Source: Candidatus Iainarchaeum sp.
GTDB taxonomy: Archaea > Iainarchaeota > Iainarchaeia > Iainarchaeales > DTGL01
Reading direction: 5' to 3'
DNA: 64,000 bases
Assembly: GCA_026413945.1 (NCBI GenBank)
Contig: JAOAJX010000001.1
Coordinates: 32,001-96,000, forward strand
Position numbers and translations under genes: made by a program. Below, in pieces: positions 40,778 to 48,423 of the stretch (positions are counted from its first letter, which is position 1; each line of letters begins with the position of its first letter). The notes under the pieces were generated by a model. That model was not told the origin of the DNA and ran no database searches. It saw only the letters and a program-made list of their open reading frames with translations.

Positions 40778-41263
40778 TTATTTATCCTGCCTTCTTTTTA
40801 TTGCTGTTCTTTGCGCTGCCTTTTCTCGTTCTTTTTTATCCTCAAGCATCTTTTTCTCTTCTACTTGCTCAATCTTATCCTCTTTTTTTTGCTCTCTTTC
40901 TGATTTTTCTATTTTGGCCTCTTTTTCTTTAGCTTTTTCCTCTTTTGGCTCCTTCTTTTGCTCTTTTTTCTCTTCCTTCTTTTTCTCCTTTGGCTCTATC
41001 TTCTCACTCTGCAGGTATGCTCTTACCTTATTCTCCTCTGAAATGACTTGAAGCTCAAGCATGCGTGGTATTTTTTGCGGCCCTCTTGCAAAGATTGTTT
41101 CATTTATTTTCTGTGAGATGAAAACACTATCTTCAGAAACCTTGTGTTTCTTTGCTAAGTAACGCCTTAAGCGAAGAATTGCTCGCCTTGCTCTTTTCGT
41201 ACAAGGGTGATCAAATAACTCTTTGAGGGGAAAATTAATCTTTTCTGGTTTTGCTTCAGCCAT
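40778..41263 (-). CDS. rpl31e: 50S ribosomal protein L31e with a K/E-rich C-terminal extension
   Basis: KRARRAI..LR.YL.K, INE.IFARG...IP; operon position. Confidence 0.85.
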   Translation of the reverse strand: MAEAKPEKINFPLKELFDHPCTKRARRAILRLRRYLAKKHKVSEDSVFISQKINETIFARGPQKIPRMLELQVISEENKVRAYLQSEKIEPKEKKKEEKKEQKKEPKEEKAKEKEAKIEKSEREQKKEDKIEQVEEKKMLEDKKEREKAAQRTAIKRRQDK

Positions 41264-41264
41264 A

Positions 41265-41459
41265 TTATGCCTCCTTTTTTAATTTTCTATATTCTTTTCC
41301 AAATTCGCATGTTTTCCAGGACCTTTTCTGTTTTGAGCTAAATATTCTTTTGTTTGCTTTTTGAAATATCCATACGGGTGTGCTACCTATACCGGGGCGT
41401 ATGCTCCTCCTCTTACTTATAATAAAATCTTTGAATTTCTTTTCCTTGTTTGAAGACAT
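41265..41459 (-). CDS. rpl39e: 50S ribosomal protein L39e (divergent)
   Basis: MSSNK...PVWIFQK.......KRSWK; between the DNA-binding protein gene and L31e. Confidence 0.75.
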   Translation of the reverse strand: MSSNKEKKFKDFIISKRRSIRPGIGSTPVWIFQKANKRIFSSKQKRSWKTCEFGKEYRKLKKEA

Positions 41460-41463
41460 AAAA

Positions 41464-41772
41464 TCACTTTCTAACAATTCTTGTCTCTCTTTTTTCAGAT
41501 AGTTTTATTAATAGCTTTTTAATGGATTCATCATCAACAGGCACTGAAATCCTGCCTGTTTTGGCAGCAGCAACAATTGATTGCACAACCTTATAATAAA
41601 GTTCTGGGTTCACGAGACGGACATTCTTAAGGCGTTGTCTTGCTTGTGTAGTTAGCAGCTGCCTTAAAACTAAATTTAGTTGCCTTTCTGCTTCTAGTTG
41701 TTGGGCAATTTCCTTTTGAGCCTTATAATATTTTTTTAGATCCTCATTTTGGTTGTTATCTGTGCCATTCAT
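41464..41772 (-). CDS. PDCD5-like double-stranded DNA-binding protein
   Basis: LRQLLT.QARQRL.NVRLVNPE; conserved position after S19e. Confidence 0.88.
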   Translation of the reverse strand: MNGTDNNQNEDLKKYYKAQKEIAQQLEAERQLNLVLRQLLTTQARQRLKNVRLVNPELYYKVVQSIVAAAKTGRISVPVDDESIKKLLIKLSEKRETRIVRK

Positions 41773-42413
41773 TCCGATACCTTGCCTTCGGCATACTTAT
41801 TTTCAGTCGGGGCCTTAGCAAGCTTCTCTTTTAGCTCTGAGATGACATCTGTACTTTTCTGCTTCTTTTCCGATAGTGGTTGTTTTTGTTCTTTGCCCTT
41901 TTCTTGCTTCTGAGCATCTTTCTTCTGTGTCGATTTTTCCTCAATTGCTTTTTTTGCACCAAGTTCTTTTTGCTGCAAAGCAACCTTTATCTTTTCTTCC
42001 CAGTTCTTTTTTGTTTTTGAAGCAATTTTTGAAAGGTATTGCTGACCTTTTGGCGTTAGAATGCGGCCTTTCTGCACCTTCTTAACAAAGCCAAGTGTTT
42101 CCAATTGCTGTAAACCATGCCTTATTATTTTTCCGCCAGCACGCATAAACTTATGCTTTCTCCTGCCTCTATTCTTCTTACTACCATAATACGTGCGCAG
42201 TGCACCAACACCAAGAGTGCCTTCTTTAAGTAGTCTGTAAAGCATTGAAGCCAATCTTTTGTAATACCAATCTCTTTGCATTGGAACTCTTTCTTTCGAG
42301 GGTGCTGTTTTTACGAAAGGAGCAAAATTTGGCTGCTCAACCCTTAGGTTATTCTTTAAATCATCCGCTACTGCCTCTATAAGTTCATTTGCAGGCACAT
42401 CAAATGGGTTCAT
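41769..42413 (-). CDS. rps19e: 30S ribosomal protein S19e with a K/E/Q-rich C-terminal extension
   Basis: FVKT...KER.P...DWYYKRLAS, LRTYYG, GKIIR..LQQLE..G.V, GRILTPKG. Confidence 0.93.
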   Translation of the reverse strand: MNPFDVPANELIEAVADDLKNNLRVEQPNFAPFVKTAPSKERVPMQRDWYYKRLASMLYRLLKEGTLGVGALRTYYGSKKNRGRRKHKFMRAGGKIIRHGLQQLETLGFVKKVQKGRILTPKGQQYLSKIASKTKKNWEEKIKVALQQKELGAKKAIEEKSTQKKDAQKQEKGKEQKQPLSEKKQKSTDVISELKEKLAKAPTENKYAEGKVSE

Positions 42414-42510
42414 AAAATCACGCTTCTTTCGAAGCCATTGCTCTACGCTTTAAGCGGAGCAAAAACAGGCCTCTTTTCTAAGTAAAATGCATGCAAATAT
42501 TTTTAACGCT

Positions 42511-43656
42511 TTACCTTTTTTCTTGCCTTACAAAAAACAAAAGCACAAATGAAATGAATGTTAGAGCCAATGAAATGCAGAATGGCGCCTCAATACCAAA
42601 AGAATCCCAAAGAAGGCCTGCAAAGGCAGATGCTGGCAAAGCACACAAACCAACAACCATTTGGAAAGTGCCCAAAGCGCTTGCCCTGTGCTGTTGTGGA
42701 GCCAGCTCAGAAACAAATGTTTTTTGCACTGGTTCGAGAGCGCCCTTATGAAGGCCGTAGAAGATAAAGGCAATCAAAATTGCCTCAATGCTTTTGAAAT
42801 AAATGAAGATAAAACACACGACGGCCCAAAAAACATACGAAACCATTATCAGTGGCTTCCGTCCTATTCTATCTGATAATTTACCTGCTGGCAATGAGAA
42901 TACTGATGCAATAAATGTGAATAGAAGGTAAAGAACTGGAACAAAGAAAATTTCAAAGCCAACGCTCTTAGAAAAAACTAATAAGAAAGAATAGCTAAAC
43001 GATCCAAATGCAAAGATGGCGCTCAAAAAGAGGAAAAGCTTAAAATTATTGGAAAGATCTTTAATCCTAAAGCCCTTGTAGATTCTTGTCTCTGCTTTTG
43101 TTTCCTTTATTATAAAGATAACAAGCAGTGCTGCCAAAAATGATGGTATTGATGCTAATATAAAAAGGTTCTTATAGCCAAGGATTGGGAAAAAAACCAA
43201 ACAAACTATAATGCCGAGAACAGCGCCAAGGTTATCCATTGTACGAAGCAATCCGAAATTTCTTCCACGATTTTCGTTGCTTGATACATCTGCAATCATT
43301 GCATCTCTCGGTGCACCTCTGATTTTGCCAGCCCTGTCAAGTATCCTAAATGGCACTAAGTGATGCCAAGCTGTTGAGAAGGCATAACCAACTCTTGAGA
43401 CAGCACCGAAAACATAGCCAGTCCAAATGAAAACCTTTCTGCGCCTTAGCTTGTCTGAAGCATATCCTGAAATTGCCTGTGAAATTGAAACCAAAGCTTC
43501 ACCTAAGCCATCTATAAAGCCCAAAATAGCCATATTTGCGCCCAAAACAGAGGTAACAAATATTGGCCATATTGGATAAATTATGTCAGAGCCAAGGTCG
43601 TTCAGAAAAGAAGCTAAGGCAAAGGTACGCACTGTTTTCTTTTCTTCTTTATTCAA
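42511..43656 (-). CDS. MFS transporter
   Basis: ASFLNDLGSD, GYASDKLRRRK, RGAPRDA, GKLSDRIGRK, about 12 TM; start moved to TTG 43656 (or GTG 43665) because the ORF-track start lies inside tRNA-Gly. Confidence 0.88.
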   Translation of the reverse strand: MNKEEKKTVRTFALASFLNDLGSDIIYPIWPIFVTSVLGANMAILGFIDGLGEALVSISQAISGYASDKLRRRKVFIWTGYVFGAVSRVGYAFSTAWHHLVPFRILDRAGKIRGAPRDAMIADVSSNENRGRNFGLLRTMDNLGAVLGIIVCLVFFPILGYKNLFILASIPSFLAALLVIFIIKETKAETRIYKGFRIKDLSNNFKLFLFLSAIFAFGSFSYSFLLVFSKSVGFEIFFVPVLYLLFTFIASVFSLPAGKLSDRIGRKPLIMVSYVFWAVVCFIFIYFKSIEAILIAFIFYGLHKGALEPVQKTFVSELAPQQHRASALGTFQMVVGLCALPASAFAGLLWDSFGIEAPFCISLALTFISFVLLFFVRQEKR

Positions 43657-43683
43657 AAGAGACACCGTAAAAATGCGCCAATA

Positions 43684-43755
43684 TGCGGCTGCCGGGATTT
43701 GAACCCGGGCCACCAGCTTGGCAAGCTGGTATCCTAACCACTAGACAACAGCCGC
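43684..43755 (-). tRNA. tRNA-Gly(GCC)
   Basis: Reverse complement GCGGCTG...CCAGC TTGCCAA GCTGG...GGTTCAAATCC...CAGCCGCA. Confidence 0.95.
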
Positions 43756-43803
43756 ACAGTAATAAATTTTCATAGAATTGTTTTTATAATGTTTTTATAA
43801 GTT

Positions 43804-43876
43804 TGGGCCTGGGCAGAATTGAACTGCCGACCTCCACCTTGTAAGGGTGGCGTCATAACCACTAGACCACAGGCCC
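43804..43876 (-). tRNA. tRNA-Val(TAC)
   Basis: Reverse complement GGGCCTG...CCACC CTTACAA GGTGG...GTTCAATTC...CAGGCCCA. Confidence 0.95.
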
Positions 43877-43923
43877 TCAGAAAAAATATTGTAGGTGCAA
43901 TTTAAAATTTGTGCTGAGAAGTT

Positions 43924-44664
43924 TTATTTTTTTGGCTTTTTATCTGCTTTAAAGCCAATTGAAATGTGTGTTCCGTCGCAAAATGGTTTGTTGCTAGAAG
44001 CACCACATCTGCAAAGCGTAACCCTGTTTCTTTTCTCATAATAGAAGCCTTTTGACGACTTTATGGGAATGCCGCCTTTTACCCAAATGGGGCCCGAGCA
44101 TTTAGCTTGTGGATCTTCAACAAGAGCAATGCCTTTTTTGTGCTTTGGCTCAATCTTACCTCCGTTTTTTTCGAGAGCAACAAGACGCCCTGAAGGGCAA
44201 TTGCAAGCGGATTCTATTGCAATTTTTCTCATTTTTTTGTCAGAGGATTTTTTAATTAAGTTCCATATGCCATTAGCTCTATGGCAAAACCTTGCTGAAG
44301 CGCAAAGCTCAGGCCAGTCGAGTAAGTCAAGCTCTGGGCCGGAGTATTTTTTAGCTTTCTCTATATAAGATGCGTTATCAGCTGTTTCTGTGCCATCAAA
44401 GTTTATAAGTATGTGAGTGCCATCGCAGTACGGCTTATTTTTTGATCCACCGCACCTACACAAAGCATAGGTTTTTTTGCTTTTAAAGGCCTCTGCTTTC
44501 AACCATTTCTGTGGCTCATTATCCGAACCTATTGCAATGATTTCCTTGCGCAAAGGCACGCGGCCCGAGACAATGTAAGGCCCATTTTCGGTTATATTTA
44601 TTTCAGCGAAAGTTCTTCCCTTTTGCATATTGGCTTTTTTAATATTTTTATTGGAAGAATCCAA
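43924..44664 (-). CDS. CDGSH iron-sulfur protein (two CDGSH domains flanking a divergent 4Fe-4S domain)
   Basis: LCRCGGSKNKPYCDGTH, CASARFC...CPSG, LCRCGASSNKPFCDGTH. Confidence 0.9.
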   Translation of the reverse strand: MDSSNKNIKKANMQKGRTFAEINITENGPYIVSGRVPLRKEIIAIGSDNEPQKWLKAEAFKSKKTYALCRCGGSKNKPYCDGTHILINFDGTETADNASYIEKAKKYSGPELDLLDWPELCASARFCHRANGIWNLIKKSSDKKMRKIAIESACNCPSGRLVALEKNGGKIEPKHKKGIALVEDPQAKCSGPIWVKGGIPIKSSKGFYYEKRNRVTLCRCGASSNKPFCDGTHISIGFKADKKPKK

Positions 44665-44699
44665 AAAAACACCCGTATTAATAATTCATATTAAACTAC

Positions 44700-44737
44700 A
44701 AAAAAGAAAAAAAGAGCGGGCAAAGCCCGCATTTTTT
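44700..44737 (-). terminator. GC-rich hairpin with U-tract (intrinsic-terminator-like, possibly bidirectional)
   Basis: GCGGGC-AAA-GCCCGC at 44716-44730, flanked by an A-tract and a T-tract, downstream of the 44764-45885 gene. Confidence 0.6.
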
Positions 44738-44763
44738 AGTTAAGTTTTCGTTCTTCGTTTGCT

Positions 44764-45885
44764 CTAGTCTGGTGCCAGATAGTATAGGAAATCTTCTACT
44801 ACGCTCTTGCTGCAGCCAAACTTCCTGTGGCCTTCCATTTTGCCGTAAAGCGCTGGGTTATATTTTTGCAGGATGTCGAGTATTTGAGTGCAGCTGCAAC
44901 CGTTTGTCATGTCAAGTGTAAACGCTGACTGTGCTGCAAAGAAGTTCGTCTTGCCTTTCACTGTTTTTGAAGACAATGTAGTGAAGTAGTCATCCCATGA
45001 ATAAGCATCTGTCCACATGAGCCTGTTTACACCTAAGTAGCCTGCAGTCCCTATGTATTTGCCGTTAATCTTCCATGGGTCTTTTTGCGTTATCTCGCAA
45101 TACCAATTGCACGCATGCTTGTCAACAGCGCCATCGCAGTCGTTATCCAAAGTATCACAGATCTCTTCGGCCCCGGGGTTTACATTTGATTTTGTATCAT
45201 CACAGTCTGTGTTGTCTTCAACATAGCCTTCTGAACATTCACCACAGAAATCTTTAGAATTGTATGGATCTCCAAAGCCATCTTCATCATTGTCGGCATA
45301 GCATGTTACTAAAGGCAATTCTTCATAGCTTATCTCTGCCTTGTAAATCAATCCTGTTGGGTTTGTCTGTGGAGTGCTTCCGGCCATAGCGTAGTTTCTG
45401 ACAATAACCTGCAATTTGTTTTTGCCAGGTTGCAATCCGGTTAAGGGGTAATCCCAGACAGTATTCCATTCTTGGTCATCAGTGAAAGGCCCATCAATTT
45501 CACCATCGTGGCCAATTAGTGCTCCATTCAAGTAAGCTTCTTCTGCGTTATCTGAAGTAATGCTAAGTTTGCCGGACAGGTTGATTGCACAAACGGGGAG
45601 TTCAAACTCTCTTTCAAATAATCTCCAGCTGTCGTTTATTGGGTCTTCTGTGTTATAAGCGCTTGAAATCCAGCTTGCATTTGGTATCGTTGGCCAAGAA
45701 GAATGCACCCATGTTAAAACTGCTGCTTTTGAAGTTACCCAATCTGAAGAATCAATTCCAGCATAGTGATCTATTGGGCCATAAACATTTGTGCTTGTGT
45801 CGCTGACTATTGTCATTGTGCCTGCCATTGTAGTTGCTGCTAACAAAAGCCCCACAAAAAGAACCCCAAATAGTTTTGCTTTCAT
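44764..45885 (-). CDS. Secreted protein with a beta-sandwich domain and a putative metal-binding (MopE-like) Cys/Asp motif
   Basis: Signal peptide; DCDDTKSNVNPGAEEICDTLDNDCDG; AAGGAGGT RBS. Confidence 0.75.
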   Translation of the reverse strand: MKAKLFGVLFVGLLLAATTMAGTMTIVSDTSTNVYGPIDHYAGIDSSDWVTSKAAVLTWVHSSWPTIPNASWISSAYNTEDPINDSWRLFEREFELPVCAINLSGKLSITSDNAEEAYLNGALIGHDGEIDGPFTDDQEWNTVWDYPLTGLQPGKNKLQVIVRNYAMAGSTPQTNPTGLIYKAEISYEELPLVTCYADNDEDGFGDPYNSKDFCGECSEGYVEDNTDCDDTKSNVNPGAEEICDTLDNDCDGAVDKHACNWYCEITQKDPWKINGKYIGTAGYLGVNRLMWTDAYSWDDYFTTLSSKTVKGKTNFFAAQSAFTLDMTNGCSCTQILDILQKYNPALYGKMEGHRKFGCSKSVVEDFLYYLAPD

Positions 45886-46000
45886 CTTTATACCTCCTTC
45901 ATTTATACCTTTTAAATTAAATTGGGCAACAAACCCAATTTAGCTTTAACCTATGATAAGGTTAATATTCCCGATCTAATGCTTTTTTTGTTTCAGTTCC

Positions 46001-46756
46001 CTATTTTTTCTCCTTCTTGAAGCAAAGAAACCAATCAATGCAGTGCACATCTGCTTGCTTTTTCTCTGCTCTTTCCTTGGCTGCGCCGCATGATCCTGGT
46101 GCGGGAATAATGACATCTTCGCCTGGCTGCCAGTTTGCTGGCGTAGCAATTCCTTCCTTATCTGATTTTTGCAATGATAAAAGCAGGCGCTTTATTTCCT
46201 GCATATTCCTGCCTGCTGATAAGGGGTAATAAAGTATTGCCCTTATTTTTGCCTTGTCATCTATTATGAAAACAGCCCTTACGGCTTGTGTGCTTGAAGC
46301 GTTTGGCTGTATCATGCCAAATTTCTTTGCGACTTCCATCTTTATGTCCTCAATTACAGGAAACTTTACCTCAACATTTTTGCGCCCTTTATACTCAATC
46401 TTCTCCTTGATTGTTCTTAGCCAAGCGATGTGCGCATATATGCTGTCTATTGAAAGCCCAATGAGTTCCGTATTGAGTTTCTTAAAATCCTCGTGCATTG
46501 AAGCAAACTCTATGAATTCTGTTGTACATACAGGCGTAAAGTCAGCAGGGTGGCTGAATAGAATTACCCATTTGCCCTTGTAATCCTCTGGAAAGTTTAT
46601 TTCGCCCATTGTTGTTCTTGCCTTGAAGGAAGGCGCATCATCGCCTATTAAAGGCATCTTGTTGCAGGAGCATTCGTGCTCACTGCAGCATTTGCATTCG
46701 CAACAACATTTGCAGTGGCATTCACTGCATCCACATTTGCATTTTTGCTCTTCCAT
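46001..46756 (-). CDS. Peroxiredoxin (Prx6/archaeal type) with a Cys-rich N-terminal extension
   Basis: FSHPADFTPVCTTE, VRAVFIID, GRN..EI.R, TPANW.PG, C.DWFLC; start at MEEQKC after a GGGGGT RBS. Confidence 0.92.
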   Translation of the reverse strand: MEEQKCKCGCSECHCKCCCECKCCSEHECSCNKMPLIGDDAPSFKARTTMGEINFPEDYKGKWVILFSHPADFTPVCTTEFIEFASMHEDFKKLNTELIGLSIDSIYAHIAWLRTIKEKIEYKGRKNVEVKFPVIEDIKMEVAKKFGMIQPNASSTQAVRAVFIIDDKAKIRAILYYPLSAGRNMQEIKRLLLSLQKSDKEGIATPANWQPGEDVIIPAPGSCGAAKERAEKKQADVHCIDWFLCFKKEKK

Positions 46757-46766
46757 AAAAACCCCC

Positions 46767-46916
46767 TTATTTATATTTTTTAAGTGCTTTTTCAATGCTA
46801 TATTCCTTTCTTTCAGAAAATTCCTGCCTTTTGCCATCGTTCCAATTTTGGACAGGCCTGTAATAGCCAACAACTCTTGAATAAACCTCTGTCCTTCTTC
46901 CGCATTTCTCATTCAT
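46767..46916 (-). CDS. Stand-alone 49-aa NrdD-type glycyl-radical domain protein; not in the ORF track
   Basis: MNEKCGRRTEVYSRVVGYYRPVQNWNDGKRQEFSERKEYSIEKALKKYK; ATGA overlap with the upstream stop; its TAA abuts the RBS of the peroxiredoxin gene. Confidence 0.9.
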   Translation of the reverse strand: MNEKCGRRTEVYSRVVGYYRPVQNWNDGKRQEFSERKEYSIEKALKKYK

Positions 46917-47440
46917 ATTGCGCCACGCTCTTCAGATAATTGCAAGTGATCGGTTTCAACCTCAACTAATGCCTCGAATATCTGCTTTACCCTTGGGTTT
47001 TTTGATTCTGAAGCTGCTCTGCTGTAAAACTCGATAGCTCTTGTTTCCCTTGCATGCGACTCCTTAAGGTTATCAAGATAATTCACTGAGCAAGAGTCAT
47101 TGCTTTGGGGTATTTCTTTGAGCTTTAATATCTTCTTCCATATGCTTGCGTGCTCTGCCTCAACTTTGCCCAAGGCCTTGAAAAGCTTTTTAGCTTCTGG
47201 ATCATTTGTTTTATCTGCAGCGCAGAAATAAAATGCAGAGTTGCTTACTTCAACTTGCAAAGCATATTCTGCATTTTTCTTGTCCTTTGCGTTCAGCTCA
47301 ACATCGAAGTTTGGCTTTGCGTCGCTGAATGCTTTTACATGCCTTCCACGAGCTCCGCAAAAAGGGCAGCATGTTGGCGGCGCATAGCCAATGTAAGGAT
47401 CTCCACAAATTTCACAAATCCAAAGCTTGGCGTTTGCCAA
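46913..47440 (-). CDS. Reverse rubrerythrin-like protein (N-terminal rubredoxin domain + ferritin-like diiron domain)
   Basis: WICEICG...CPFCGA; E...FY...EAEH and E..A..FY...ETDH; TTG start after AGGTGA. Confidence 0.88.
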   Translation of the reverse strand: MANAKLWICEICGDPYIGYAPPTCCPFCGARGRHVKAFSDAKPNFDVELNAKDKKNAEYALQVEVSNSAFYFCAADKTNDPEAKKLFKALGKVEAEHASIWKKILKLKEIPQSNDSCSVNYLDNLKESHARETRAIEFYSRAASESKNPRVKQIFEALVEVETDHLQLSEERGAI

Positions 47441-47444
47441 AAAA

Positions 47445-47831
47445 TCACCTCTTTTCAGAACATTTTTTGCAAAGGCCTTCAACACACATTATTACTGATT
47501 CTACCTTGAAGCCTCTCATATTTGGCACATCTGATAGCTTTGTACAGAGCTCTTTGTCATTATGGTCTATTATAGAACCGCAGCACCTACAAACGAAGTG
47601 AACATGGCTGCTTCTGTCGCAATCAAACCTATATTCATTATTTACTTTAAATCTTAATATTTTCCCATCATCCGCAAGCTTGTGAAGATTTCTATAGACT
47701 GTTGCTAAGGTTATGGACGGAATTTCCTTGCGGACATGTTCAAAAACCATTTCAGCATTTGGGTGGCTTCTAACGCTGCAAACATATTCCTTTATTTTTT
47801 GCATTTGAATTGTTTTTCTTACCTTCGCCAT
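47445..47831 (-). CDS. perR: Fur-family transcriptional regulator, PerR-like
   Basis: HPNAE, LATVYRNL, RFD....HVHFVC..CG.I.D, C-terminal CKKC; His/Asp/His/His/Asp ligand pattern typical of PerR. Confidence 0.85.
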   Translation of the reverse strand: MAKVRKTIQMQKIKEYVCSVRSHPNAEMVFEHVRKEIPSITLATVYRNLHKLADDGKILRFKVNNEYRFDCDRSSHVHFVCRCCGSIIDHNDKELCTKLSDVPNMRGFKVESVIMCVEGLCKKCSEKR

Positions 47832-47842
47832 ATAAGCCCCTA

Positions 47843-47859
47843 TTGAAAACGATTATCAA
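47843..47859 (-). promoter_or_regulatory. Fur/Per-box-like operator
   Basis: Minus strand TTGATAAT-C-GTTTTCAA, 2 mismatches to the 7-1-7 TGATAATnATTATCA; lies between a TATA-like TTTTAAATA (47874-47882) and the perR ATG. Confidence 0.65.
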
Positions 47860-47958
47860 ATAATATCCATTCTTATTTAAAACCTTTCTGTAGTGTGAAT
47901 CTCAAAAGGTTTAAATATACCTTAAGCCCTATTATCTAAATAAAGTAAAGGTGTTATT

Positions 47959-48399
47959 ATGCTGAAAAAAAGGGTTTACTATATAAGCGAAAAAAATTTG
48001 CATCTTGTGCGCCTAATAGGCTCATTCATATTTTTTGGTGCAATAATAATGATTCTTTATTCTGCGGCAATGATGTTCGAAGATTGGGATGCGATTAGAG
48101 AATATGAGAAATGTTCAGCAAGCGAATGCAAAGAGATTCTTTACAAAACAACAGGAGTTTACCCAAGCGGCTTTGCTCTCAACACAAAGCAGAAATTCAT
48201 GATAATGGTAAAGCCAATTGCAATGCTCTTCTTCTGGGCCATTGTTTTCTTTTTAGGCCTTTTGCTTTATGGTTGCAGAAGAATTAGCATTGCATTCTAT
48301 GAGGCTGAGAATGCTGAACATTTGCTGCACACAACACTAAAGCGTGGCGAAACGAAAGATGAGAAAGAGGTTGAAAAGAAAAAAAGTAAAGCACAATAG
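47959..48399 (+). CDS. Two-TM hypothetical membrane protein
   Basis: Two hydrophobic helices; AGGTG RBS. Confidence 0.65.
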   Translation: MLKKRVYYISEKNLHLVRLIGSFIFFGAIIMILYSAAMMFEDWDAIREYEKCSASECKEILYKTTGVYPSGFALNTKQKFMIMVKPIAMLFFWAIVFFLGLLLYGCRRISIAFYEAENAEHLLHTTLKRGETKDEKEVEKKKSKAQ

Positions 48400-48423
48400 C
48401 TTATTGCGGTTATTGATTTTCTT

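Noticed and set aside
2361-43876. Near-identical segments shared by the two tRNA-Val genes and by the two tRNA-Gly genes, as possible attL/attR sites
   Set aside because: All four are complete isoacceptor tRNAs with different anticodons, the DNA between them is housekeeping, and there is no integrase.
46757-46912. 52-aa N-terminal extension (MRNAEEG...) of the peroxiredoxin in the ORF track
   Set aside because: It is an off-frame shadow of the mini-NrdD gene; the peroxiredoxin has its own RBS before ATG 46756.
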